Source of the DNA: Clostridium sp. 26_21
GTDB taxonomy: Bacteria > Bacillota > Clostridia > TANB77 > CAG-508
Length of the DNA stretch: 32,000 nucleotides
Assembly (NCBI GenBank): GCA_001915995.1
Contig: MNRO01000017.1
Location: forward strand, 22,777 to 54,776
Reading direction: 5' to 3'
This document shows positions 24,789 to 32,000 of this stretch, piece after piece. Numbering within the stretch: the first letter of the stretch is position 1; every line of letters begins with the position of its first letter. Both the position numbers and the translations under genes were made by a program. The notes under the pieces were generated by a model. That model was given only the letters and a program-made list of their open reading frames with translations, searched no databases and was not told the origin of the DNA.

Positions 24789-25388
24789 TTATAATTCTCT
24801 TCTTCCCTCTAATGCTTTTGTAAGTGTTATTTCATCAGTATATTCCAAATCTCCTCCAACAGGAATTCCATGGGCAATTCTTGTTACTTTTACCCCTAAT
24901 GGTTTTATTAATTTTGATAAATACATAGCTGTTGCTTCACCCTCGACCCTAGGATTTGTTGCCAATATAACTTCTTTTACTTGACCATCCATAAGCCTAG
25001 CTAATAATTCTTTTATTTTTATATCATCTGGTCCTATTCCATTCATTGGAGATATTGAACCATGTAAGACATGATATACTCCTTTAAATTCATGTGTTCT
25101 TTCCATTGCCACAATATCTCTCACATCTTCTACTACACATATCTGTGATTGGTCTCTTTTTGTATTTCCACATATTGGACATGGATCTGTGTCTGAAATA
25201 TTCCAACATTTACTACAATATTTTAAATTCTTCTTTGCATTTACAATTGCATTCACAAATTCATCAGTTTCTTCCTGTGATGCATTTAATATATAAAATG
25301 CTAATCTAGCTGCTGTTTTATTACCTATACTAGGTAATTTTTCAAAGCTTTCTATTAATTTTTCTATTGATGGTGAATACATTGACAT
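24789..25388 (-). CDS. recR: Recombination protein RecR
   Basis: 199 aa with the zinc finger [16 protein letters not shown] and a Toprim region. Confidence 0.95.
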   Translation of the reverse strand: MSMYSPSIEKLIESFEKLPSIGNKTAARLAFYILNASQEETDEFVNAIVNAKKNLKYCSKCWNISDTDPCPICGNTKRDQSQICVVEDVRDIVAMERTHEFKGVYHVLHGSISPMNGIGPDDIKIKELLARLMDGQVKEVILATNPRVEGEATAMYLSKLIKPLGVKVTRIAHGIPVGGDLEYTDEITLTKALEGRREL

Positions 25389-25439
25389 TTTCTTTTCCTC
25401 CTAGACAATTATAGCAGAGACAATGCTCTGCTTATATTA

Positions 25440-25784
25440 TTACATTATTCCTGGTATATTAAATTTTCCCATTGATGCAGCTTGTGCATCGTCAACTTGT
25501 TTAAATGCTTGATTAATACATGTAACAATTAAATCTTGTAGCATTTCTACATCTTCTGGATCAACTACTTCTTTTTGTAATTTTAAATCTAATATTTGCT
25601 TTTGACCATTTACTTTTACTGAAACTGCATTTCCCCCAGCAGATGCTTCAAATTCTTTTTCAGCTAATTCTTGTTGATTTTTTTCTAAATCTGCTTGCAT
25701 TTTTTTTGCTTCTTTCATTAAACTATTGATGTTCATTCCACCAAATCCTCCCATACCTCCTGGGAATCCTCCTCTTTTTGACAT
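25440..25784 (-). CDS. ybaB: Nucleoid-associated protein YbaB/EbfC
   Basis: 114 aa. NINSLMKEAKKMQADLEKNQQEL.. is characteristic, and the gene lies between dnaX and recR. Confidence 0.9.
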   Translation of the reverse strand: MSKRGGFPGGMGGFGGMNINSLMKEAKKMQADLEKNQQELAEKEFEASAGGNAVSVKVNGQKQILDLKLQKEVVDPEDVEMLQDLIVTCINQAFKQVDDAQAASMGKFNIPGIM

Positions 25785-25808
25785 TTTCTTTTCCTCCTAA
25801 TTTAAAAT

Positions 25809-27416
25809 TTATTCTACTACATCAAATGGAATATCAAAACCATTTGCAAAGTTAGATATTTCTTGTTCTTCACTTGCTTCTTGTACTTGTGGTTTAGTAT
25901 CTATAAATTTTATATTCATTTCTTTTCCACATGCAACAGAAACTTGTTTTATTAATTCTTGTTTATTTTCAGGTTTTTCCAAAACTGCCTTTCCGAATGG
26001 AGTTATACCTCCTGGAAATTGAATTCCTATAGTCATATCATTTACTTCTACGGCATTAGTATTTATTAAATTTGTATATAATACTATTTTTCCATTTTGT
26101 TTTAGATTATTCACTATATCTTTCCAATATTGTGCTGGCTTACTATTTTTTCCAATCCCAGCAATAGCATCAGTAGTAGATTTCGCTTGATTTTGTGTTT
26201 GATTAGTTGTTCTATTTGTCTGAGGTGCTCTAGCCCTAGGAACTCCACCTCCAGATCTTAAATAATTTTCTATTTTATCTAATCTTGCATAAATATCACC
26301 ATTTCCTCCACCGCCTCCACCAACTGGAGCATTAGATATTTCCTTATCACATAATTTAATAATTCCTGCTTCAAAAACAATTTGTCTTTGTGTTGACTGT
26401 TTCATATTATTTTCAAGCTCTGATAATTCTGATATTAGCCTTATTGCTCTTTCTTTGGTAACTTTTTCTGATAATTCCTGTAATCTTGCAAAATCTTCGT
26501 CATTATAAATAGTTAATTTTTGATTTGTTTTTACCATTAAAATATCTTTTACATATTTTATAATTTCCCAAAGTAAATTATTTAGGTCTTTTCCTTCATT
26601 TAAAACTTTAGTTATTGTTTCCATTGCTTCATCTATATTATATTCGATTATTGCTTGTGTAATGCAATGAATATATTGTAATTTTGGTATTCCTACAAGT
26701 TCTTTTATTTTATTTTCATCTATATTATTTTCACCATCTTGAATACATCTTTCTAATATTGATAAAGCATCTCTCATTGCTCCTTCAGATAGTGCTGCAA
26801 TAATATTTAATGCTTGTGTTGTTGCATTTACATTGCTCTCTTTACATACAAGTTCTAATCTTTTTATTATATCTTCATCTGGAATTCTTTTAAAGTCAAA
26901 TCTTTGGCATCTTGATAAAATTGTTGCTGGTAATTTCTGTGGTTCTGTTGTTGCCAAAATAAATTTTACATGTTCTGGTGGTTCTTCTAATGTTTTTAAT
27001 AATGCATTAAATGCACCTTGTGATAACATGTGAACCTCATCAATTATATAAACTCTGTATTTTGCTTTTGTTGGTAAAAAATTAACTTCTTCTCTTATTG
27101 AACGTATATCTTCAACACTGTTATTTGAAGCAGCATCCATTTCTACTATATCTGTTAATGATCCATCTAGTGCTGCTTTACATATTTCGCATTCATTACA
27201 TGGCTCTCCATCTTGTGGATTTAAGCAATTTACAGCTCTAGCTAATACTTTTGCTGATGTTGTTTTTCCTGTTCCTCTTACACCATTAAATAAATATGCA
27301 TGACCTACTCTATTTGCAATTATTTGATTTCTTAAAGTTCTTGTTATATGTTCCTGACCTACCATTTCTGAAAATGTTTGTGGTCTGAACTTTCTATAAA
27401 GAGCTGTGTACCCCAT
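25809..27416 (-). CDS. dnaX: DNA polymerase III subunit gamma/tau
   Basis: 535 aa. It has YRKFRPQTFSEMVGQEH, the Walker A GVRGTGKTT, a zinc module (CNECEIC) and IIDEVHML. Confidence 0.95.
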   Translation of the reverse strand: MGYTALYRKFRPQTFSEMVGQEHITRTLRNQIIANRVGHAYLFNGVRGTGKTTSAKVLARAVNCLNPQDGEPCNECEICKAALDGSLTDIVEMDAASNNSVEDIRSIREEVNFLPTKAKYRVYIIDEVHMLSQGAFNALLKTLEEPPEHVKFILATTEPQKLPATILSRCQRFDFKRIPDEDIIKRLELVCKESNVNATTQALNIIAALSEGAMRDALSILERCIQDGENNIDENKIKELVGIPKLQYIHCITQAIIEYNIDEAMETITKVLNEGKDLNNLLWEIIKYVKDILMVKTNQKLTIYNDEDFARLQELSEKVTKERAIRLISELSELENNMKQSTQRQIVFEAGIIKLCDKEISNAPVGGGGGGNGDIYARLDKIENYLRSGGGVPRARAPQTNRTTNQTQNQAKSTTDAIAGIGKNSKPAQYWKDIVNNLKQNGKIVLYTNLINTNAVEVNDMTIGIQFPGGITPFGKAVLEKPENKQELIKQVSVACGKEMNIKFIDTKPQVQEASEEQEISNFANGFDIPFDVVE

Positions 27417-27442
27417 ATTTTCACATCCTTTATATAAAAAAT

Positions 27443-27578
27443 GATATGAATTCTAATCTCTCTATGGAAAACAACGCCCACATAAAAGTATCTACTTATT
27501 GCTGCTTCCTCCCGGACCTGACAAGGTTCATAGGCTTTTATTGAGTTTGCTTTCCATACAGAGGTTAGCTCTCATACC
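27443..27578 (-). ncRNA. ffs: Signal recognition particle RNA (small/4.5S-type, extended hairpin)
   Basis: The minus strand contains the conserved helix-8 sequence TGTCAGGTCCGGGAGGAAGCAGCA. The 5' GGTATGAGAGCTAACCTCTGTATGGAAAGCAA pairs almost continuously with the 3' TTGTTTTCCATAGAGAGATTAGAATTCATATC. A T-run follows the 3' end. The position upstream of dnaX is canonical. Ends are accurate to within a few nt. Confidence 0.85.
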
Positions 27579-27584
27579 CTCCAT

Positions 27585-27613
27585 ATTATACAATGCAATT
27601 TTGGTTTTTGCAA
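27585..27613 (-). promoter_or_regulatory. Putative SRP RNA promoter (TTGCAA-17-TATAAT)
   Basis: Minus strand: -35 at 27613-27608, -10 at 27590-27585. The predicted TSS coincides with the 5' end of the long SRP helix. Confidence 0.55.
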
Positions 27614-27631
27614 GTAATTTATTAAAGTTTT

Positions 27632-28375
27632 TTAATTTTCTATTCTTTTAAAAATAAGATTATTAAATTCAGTTAATTCTATTCCAGCTACTCCTTTTTC
27701 TATAACCTCTTTGGCTGGAATATCAATTTGTATATTAGTTTGATATTTTCTGTTTGTTGTTAATGTTATTATAAAATCAAATGAAATAGTTGTTTTTATA
27801 TTTTCTTCTTTTATATTTGTTAATTGTAATAATTTTCCATAATCAACTTCTTCATTTTCATTAGAAATATAATTTGATAAATTATTAATTGCATATCTAA
27901 ATGCGATTATTCCACCTTGATTAGAAATTTTTTGTTGCTTAATATTTGATTCCATCTCACCTGTGTATACTATTTCTTCTGTTTCATTTTCATTTGTATT
28001 TTTAAACATTACTTTTTCATCTTCAACTGGTTTGTATATTTTAGTTTCTCCAATTGAATCTGTTTTATTAATTTTTATATTATTTATAGTTACATCTTTT
28101 ATTATTTCAGTTTTATTGTATCTTGAATTTTTTTCCAAATATATATATATATCATTATTTTCCGAAACATTAAAATTCCATTTTTCTTGATGACCTTCAT
28201 TTTCTATTCCATTTACACTTTGAGCTATAGCTATTTTTGTTATTTCAAATGGTATATTAGTCTCTCCTTGAACTTCATATTTTAATATATATATTCCTAT
28301 ACCACATAATATTGCAAATATTATTACTATAAAAATAATTCTATTAATTATCTTTTGAGTTGATTTTTTATACAT
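27632..28375 (-). CDS. Hypothetical membrane-anchored protein (single N-terminal TM)
   Basis: 247 aa with the N-terminal TM IIFIVIIFAILCGIGIYIL and an N/E/K-rich extracytoplasmic part. The start overlaps the tadA stop by 8 nt. No family recognised. Confidence 0.6.
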   Translation of the reverse strand: MYKKSTQKIINRIIFIVIIFAILCGIGIYILKYEVQGETNIPFEITKIAIAQSVNGIENEGHQEKWNFNVSENNDIYIYLEKNSRYNKTEIIKDVTINNIKINKTDSIGETKIYKPVEDEKVMFKNTNENETEEIVYTGEMESNIKQQKISNQGGIIAFRYAINNLSNYISNENEEVDYGKLLQLTNIKEENIKTTISFDFIITLTTNRKYQTNIQIDIPAKEVIEKGVAGIELTEFNNLIFKRIEN

Positions 28376-28826
28376 TTTTATTTTTTCTTAACTCCTTAAA
28401 AAATTGTTTCAATATATTTTCACATTGAGTTTGCATTATATTTTTTTCATATTCTACTTTGTGATTAAATGTAAAATCTTCAAATAAATTTAGCACTGAT
28501 CCAACTGCTCCTGTTTTATTATCTGATGTTCCATAATATACTTTTTTTATTCGTGAATTAATTATTGCTCCAGCACACATAGAACATGGTTCTAATGTTA
28601 CATACATTTCACAGTCTAATAATCTCCATGATTTTAGTTTTTGGCTTGCTTTTTGTATTGCTATTATTTCTGCATGTTTTGTTGTATCTGTTTTTGTTTC
28701 TTTTTGATTATATCCTCTTGCTATTATTTTTCCATCTTTTACTATTACTGCTCCTACTGGTACCTCTAATTTGTTGTATGCTTTTTTTGCTTCTTTTAAA
28801 GCTTCTTTCATGAATTTTTCTTCCAT
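28368..28826 (-). CDS. tadA: tRNA-specific adenosine deaminase
   Basis: 152 aa with the CDA zinc motifs HAEIIAI and TLEPCSMCAGAI. Confidence 0.9.
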   Translation of the reverse strand: MEEKFMKEALKEAKKAYNKLEVPVGAVIVKDGKIIARGYNQKETKTDTTKHAEIIAIQKASQKLKSWRLLDCEMYVTLEPCSMCAGAIINSRIKKVYYGTSDNKTGAVGSVLNLFEDFTFNHKVEYEKNIMQTQCENILKQFFKELRKNKNV

Positions 28827-28891
28827 TTATACCTCTTATTTTATTTACTATTATCCTTTAATATTTTATATAAAAATTCATATGTAAACAT

Positions 28892-29242
28892 TTAGAAAAC
28901 AACTTTGTGATTTATACTTATTAAAAAATATACCAATATTAAATTAACCACAAAAATTATAATTGGAAAAAGCACATCTGTTTTTTTATTATATATTTTT
29001 TTGTCGTACATTTTTCGTATATATATTATTGTTATACACACATTTACTATTAGAAATGGAATCATTCTATACATTGACCTTTTAAATATTTCAATTTCAG
29101 GAGGCAATGTTCCTTCAGGTAACATTGGCATATAATCTAAATATATTGCAGTATTACCATATATTAAAAATTTCATACTGATATTAAATATTATAAGAAT
29201 TATTCCAGTTAAACAATTATATTTTATTTTATCTTTTTTCAT
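28892..29242 (-). CDS. Hypothetical small membrane protein (about 3 TM)
   Basis: 116-aa hydrophobic ORF with a weak RBS (AAGGA) about 10 nt upstream. No family recognised. Confidence 0.45.
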   Translation of the reverse strand: MKKDKIKYNCLTGIILIIFNISMKFLIYGNTAIYLDYMPMLPEGTLPPEIEIFKRSMYRMIPFLIVNVCITIIYIRKMYDKKIYNKKTDVLFPIIIFVVNLILVYFLISINHKVVF

Positions 29243-29267
29243 ATTTATTTTTTCCTTAAATTTTTAT

Positions 29268-29288
29268 TGGTGTTCCTAGGCGGACTCG
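29268..29288 (-). repeat. 21-nt exact duplicate of the 3' end of tRNA-Arg (incl. CCA), 100 bp downstream of the tRNA copy
   Basis: TGGTGTTCCTAGGCGGACTCG occurs at 29268-29288 and 29368-29388. The sequences diverge immediately afterwards. Confidence 0.9.
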
Positions 29289-29367
29289 GCGAGCCGTGTC
29301 GGGAAAATGGTCTACTAGACCATTTTCTGTTCCTCCTTTTCGAGTCCGTTAAGAAAACATACTTACA

Positions 29368-29443
<76 letters not shown>

Positions 29444-29454
29444 ATTTCTTTTAC

Positions 29455-29483
29455 ATTATACTTCATTGCTTTTATTTTGTAAA
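29455..29483 (-). promoter_or_regulatory. Putative tRNA-Arg promoter (TTTACA-17-TATAAT)
   Basis: Minus strand: -35 at 29483-29478, -10 at 29460-29455, 11 nt upstream of the tRNA 5' end. Confidence 0.45.
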
Positions 29484-29563
29484 CATTTTTTTGTCTCTTT
29501 ATTGATTAATTGTGAAAAATGATTTATAATATTTAAGATTTATAAATTGTTCGGAGGTTTTAT

Positions 29564-30277
29564 ATGCAACATATTTTAAGTAAGATGAGAAAAGCTATAG
29601 AAGACTATAATATGATAGATGAAGGAGATAAAATTGCTGTTTGTTTATCAGGTGGAAAAGATTCAATTACAATGCTAAATGGTTTAAAGGCTTTACAAAG
29701 ATTTTATCCTAAACATTTTGATTTAATTGCTATCACAGTTAATCCAGGATTTGAAAACTTTAATAAAGATATTCTTCAAAAAAATTGTGATGAAATTGGT
29801 GTTCCTCTTTTTATTGAAGATACTCAAATTAAAGAAATTGTTTTTGATATTAGAAAAGAAAAAAATCCTTGCTCTTTATGTGCTAATTTGCGTAGGGGTA
29901 TAATCAATTCTGTTGCCCAAAGAGAGGGATGTAACAAAATTGCTTTAGGTCACAATCTAGATGATGTAATTGAAACTTTTATAATGAATTTAAAATATGC
30001 TGGAAATATTTCAACTTTTTCACCCAAAAGTTATATGGACAGAAGTGGTATTACAATGATTAGACCTTTGATTTTATTAACTGAAAAAGATACAAATCAC
30101 TTTGTAAAAAAATACAACAAACAAGTTATGCCTAAAGTTTGTCCAATGGATGAAAATACAAAAAGAGAAGATATAAAAGCTGAAATTTTTGCTTGGCAAA
30201 AAGAAATTCCTACAATTAAAGCTAATTTATTTGGTGCTATTTCTAGAAATATTGATGGATGGAAAAAAAGTATGTAA
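29564..30277 (+). CDS. ttcA: PP-loop ATPase, tRNA 2-thiocytidine biosynthesis TtcA-like
   Basis: 237 aa with the PP-loop CLSGGKDS, CSLCANLRRG and ALGHNLDD, as in the TtcA family. Confidence 0.8.
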   Translation: MQHILSKMRKAIEDYNMIDEGDKIAVCLSGGKDSITMLNGLKALQRFYPKHFDLIAITVNPGFENFNKDILQKNCDEIGVPLFIEDTQIKEIVFDIRKEKNPCSLCANLRRGIINSVAQREGCNKIALGHNLDDVIETFIMNLKYAGNISTFSPKSYMDRSGITMIRPLILLTEKDTNHFVKKYNKQVMPKVCPMDENTKREDIKAEIFAWQKEIPTIKANLFGAISRNIDGWKKSM

Positions 30278-30307
30278 TGCATATTTGTTTACATACTTTT
30301 TTTAAAT

Positions 30308-32000
30308 TTATTTTACTAATTTTACCATTGCATCTTTTAATTCTTCTAAATCTTTTTCTGCAGATTCCATACTATCTGCTTTTACACCCATATACAATTT
30401 TATTTTTGGTTCTGTTCCAGAAGGTCTTACACAACACCAAGCATTGTTTTCTAATTCATAATATAATACATTTGATTTTGGTAATCCTGTTTTTCTTTGT
30501 TCTCCTGTCACTAAGTTTTTAATTTCATCAAGTTCAACATCTTTAAATTCAATTACTTTATATTTTCCTATTTTTTCTGGTAAATTATTTCTCATATTTG
30601 TCATCATAGACTTTATTTTTTCAGCTCCATCAGCACCTTCTAATACTATTGAAACTTGATCTTCTTTATAGAATCCATATTTTTCATAAATTTTCATCAT
30701 TTGATCCCATAAAGTCATTCCTTTTGATTTATAGTATGCAGCAGCCTCGCACAATGACATTACTGCAGAAATACCATCTTTATCTCTTGCATAATCTCCA
30801 ATTAAACATCCATAACTTTCTTCAAATCCAAATACATAAGTTTTGTCTTTCTTTTCTTCTGCTTTTTTTATAACTGCCCCTATATTTTTAAATCCTGTTA
30901 AAACTTCAATACACTCTAATCCGTAGTTTTTTGCAATTGCTTTTGCTAGTTCAGATGATACGATTGTAGTTATAAACATTCCATCTGCTGGTAATAATCC
31001 TTTTTCTTTCATTTGAGAAATTCTATATTCTGCAATCAATAATGCTGACATATTTCCTGTATATGTCATATATTCTCCTGTTTTTGTATCTTTTGCATAT
31101 ATTCCAAGTCTATCAGCATCAGGGTCATTTGCAAGCACAACATCAGCATCTACTTTTTTAGCTAACTCTAATGCTAATTTAAATGCTTTTTTATCTTCAG
31201 GGTTAGGGTAATCTACTGTTGGAAAATTTCCATCTGGTTTTTCTTGTTCTGGAACTACATATACATTTTCAAATCCTAATTCTTTTAATAATCTTGATGT
31301 TACTGTATTTCCAGTTCCATGTAATGGTGTATAAACTATTTTTAATTTTTTTCCTTCTTCTCTTACAATTTCAGGATTTAATACTAAACTTTTTAAAGTA
31401 TTTATATATTTATCATCCATTTCTGTTCCAACAACATTAAATAATCCTTTTTCTATAGCTTCTTCTTTAGTTATAGTTTTTATTTCTTTAAAATCAGAAA
31501 TAGCTCTTACTTTTGCTATTATATCTTTATCTCTTGGTGCAACAATTTGTGAACCATCATCCCAGTAAACCTTATATCCGTTGTATTTTGGAGGGTTATG
31601 GCTGGCTGTTATCATTATTCCTGCTGTACATCCTAATTGTCTTACGGCAAATGATAATTCTGGAACTGGTCTTAATTTTTCAAATAAATATGTTTTTATT
31701 CCATTTGCATTTAATATTAAAGCTGTTTGTAAACTAAATTCATCTGACATTCTTCTTGAGTCATAACTAATTGCAACACCTTTATCTTGTGTTCCTTGTT
31801 CTATTATGTAATTAGCTAATCCCTGTGTTGCTTTTCCAACTGTATATTTATTCATTCTGTTTGTTCCCATTCCTATTACACCACGTAAACCTGCTGTACC
31901 AAATTCAAGTTCTTTATAAAATCTATCTTTTATTTCTTCATCATTTCCTTTTATCTCTAGTAATTCTTTTTTTATTTCTTCATCAAATGCTGGTTCTGTA
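30308..32000 (-). CDS. Phosphoglucomutase/phosphomannomutase (alpha-D-phosphohexomutase; N-terminus beyond the right edge)
   Basis: It has the active-site loop TASHNPPKYNGYKVY. The frame stays open upstream of the ORF-track Met to the window end (..DRFYKELEFGTAGLRGVIGMGTNRMN), so the true start lies off-window. Confidence 0.9.
   Translation of the reverse strand, partial: TEPAFDEEIKKELLEIKGNDEEIKDRFYKELEFGTAGLRGVIGMGTNRMNKYTVGKATQGLANYIIEQGTQDKGVAISYDSRRMSDEFSLQTALILNANGIKTYLFEKLRPVPELSFAVRQLGCTAGIMITASHNPPKYNGYKVYWDDGSQIVAPRDKDIIAKVRAISDFKEIKTITKEEAIEKGLFNVVGTEMDDKYINTLKSLVLNPEIVREEGKKLKIVYTPLHGTGNTVTSRLLKELGFENVYVVPEQEKPDGNFPTVDYPNPEDKKAFKLALELAKKVDADVVLANDPDADRLGIYAKDTKTGEYMTYTGNMSALLIAEYRISQMKEKGLLPADGMFITTIVSSELAKAIAKNYGLECIEVLTGFKNIGAVIKKAEEKKDKTYVFGFEESYGCLIGDYARDKDGISAVMSLCEAAAYYKSKGMTLWDQMMKIYEKYGFYKEDQVSIVLEGADGAEKIKSMMTNMRNNLPEKIGKYKVIEFKDVELDEIKNLVTGEQRKTGLPKSNVLYYELENNAWCCVRPSGTEPKIKLYMGVKADSMESAEKDLEELKDAMVKLVK

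Noticed and set aside
25384-25403. A 20-nt identical translation-initiation region (GACATTTTCTTTTCCTCCTA on the + strand, i.e. TAGGAGGAAAAGAAAATGTC) in front of both recR and ybaB (25781-25800).
   Set aside because: It is short, consists of a consensus SD plus an A-rich spacer plus ATG-TC(N), and both proteins begin Met-Ser. It most likely reflects optimal initiation signals rather than a mobile or regulatory element.
25809-27416. A programmed -1 frameshift site in dnaX (A AAA AAG type, as in E. coli gamma/tau).
   Set aside because: I found no A AAA AAG (CTTTTTT on the + strand) or comparable slippery heptamer followed by a hairpin inside the gene.
29268-29358. A possible second tRNA gene (or tRNA-Sec/tmRNA-like gene) immediately downstream of tRNA-Arg, suggested by the ..GAGTCCGCCTAGGAACACCA 3' end.
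   Set aside because: No cloverleaf can be drawn. The T-stem (GGCTC vs CCGCC) does not pair and the T-loop is GCCGAGT. There is no D-arm, and the best 5' acceptor candidate (GTTTTCT) pairs at only 5 of 7 positions. The only good hairpin has a 10-bp stem and a 5-nt loop. It is kept as an unexplained structured island, not as a tRNA.

Overview
Very AT-rich chromosomal segment from a low-GC, endospore-forming Firmicute. It looks Clostridia-like: it has an alpha/beta SASP, YpeB and the classic ffs-dnaX-ybaB-recR block. I support 28 protein genes, 26 of them on the minus strand, plus an SRP RNA and a tRNA-Arg(CCU). Most are housekeeping: pcrA (partial), prfA, murF, dnaX, ybaB, recR, tadA, a ttcA-like gene and a phosphoglucomutase (partial).

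The parts that are not ordinary:
- A ~130-140 nt hairpin-rich intergenic element is present in three same-orientation copies (5595-5724, 16115-16245, 21674-21814). Each copy sits between a terminator and the next gene's promoter. Stem-preserving differences between copies suggest a structured RNA or a BOX/MITE-like modular repeat that I cannot assign to a known family.
- An orphan type IV coupling protein (VirD4/TraG-like) forms a tight 3-gene operon with two unknown small proteins behind a perfect consensus promoter. No relaxase, VirB4 or integrase is present in the window.
- Next to it is an SbcD/SbcC-like (YhaO/YhaN-like) pair. The ATPase carries a transmembrane hairpin in mid coiled-coil, where Rad50/SbcC has its zinc hook.
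- A LemA/DUF2207 cluster contains a diverged segmental duplication, an N-terminally truncated paralogue and a 1-nt frameshift in the full-length copy. A third DUF2207-type gene is translationally coupled to a lysophospholipase-like hydrolase beside TetR and oleate hydratase.
- A GC-rich structured island lies downstream of tRNA-Arg. It repeats the last 21 nt of the tRNA exactly 100 bp away.

No CRISPR array, rRNA, transposase or integrase was seen. All functional calls rest on motif and family recognition by eye; no database search was run.
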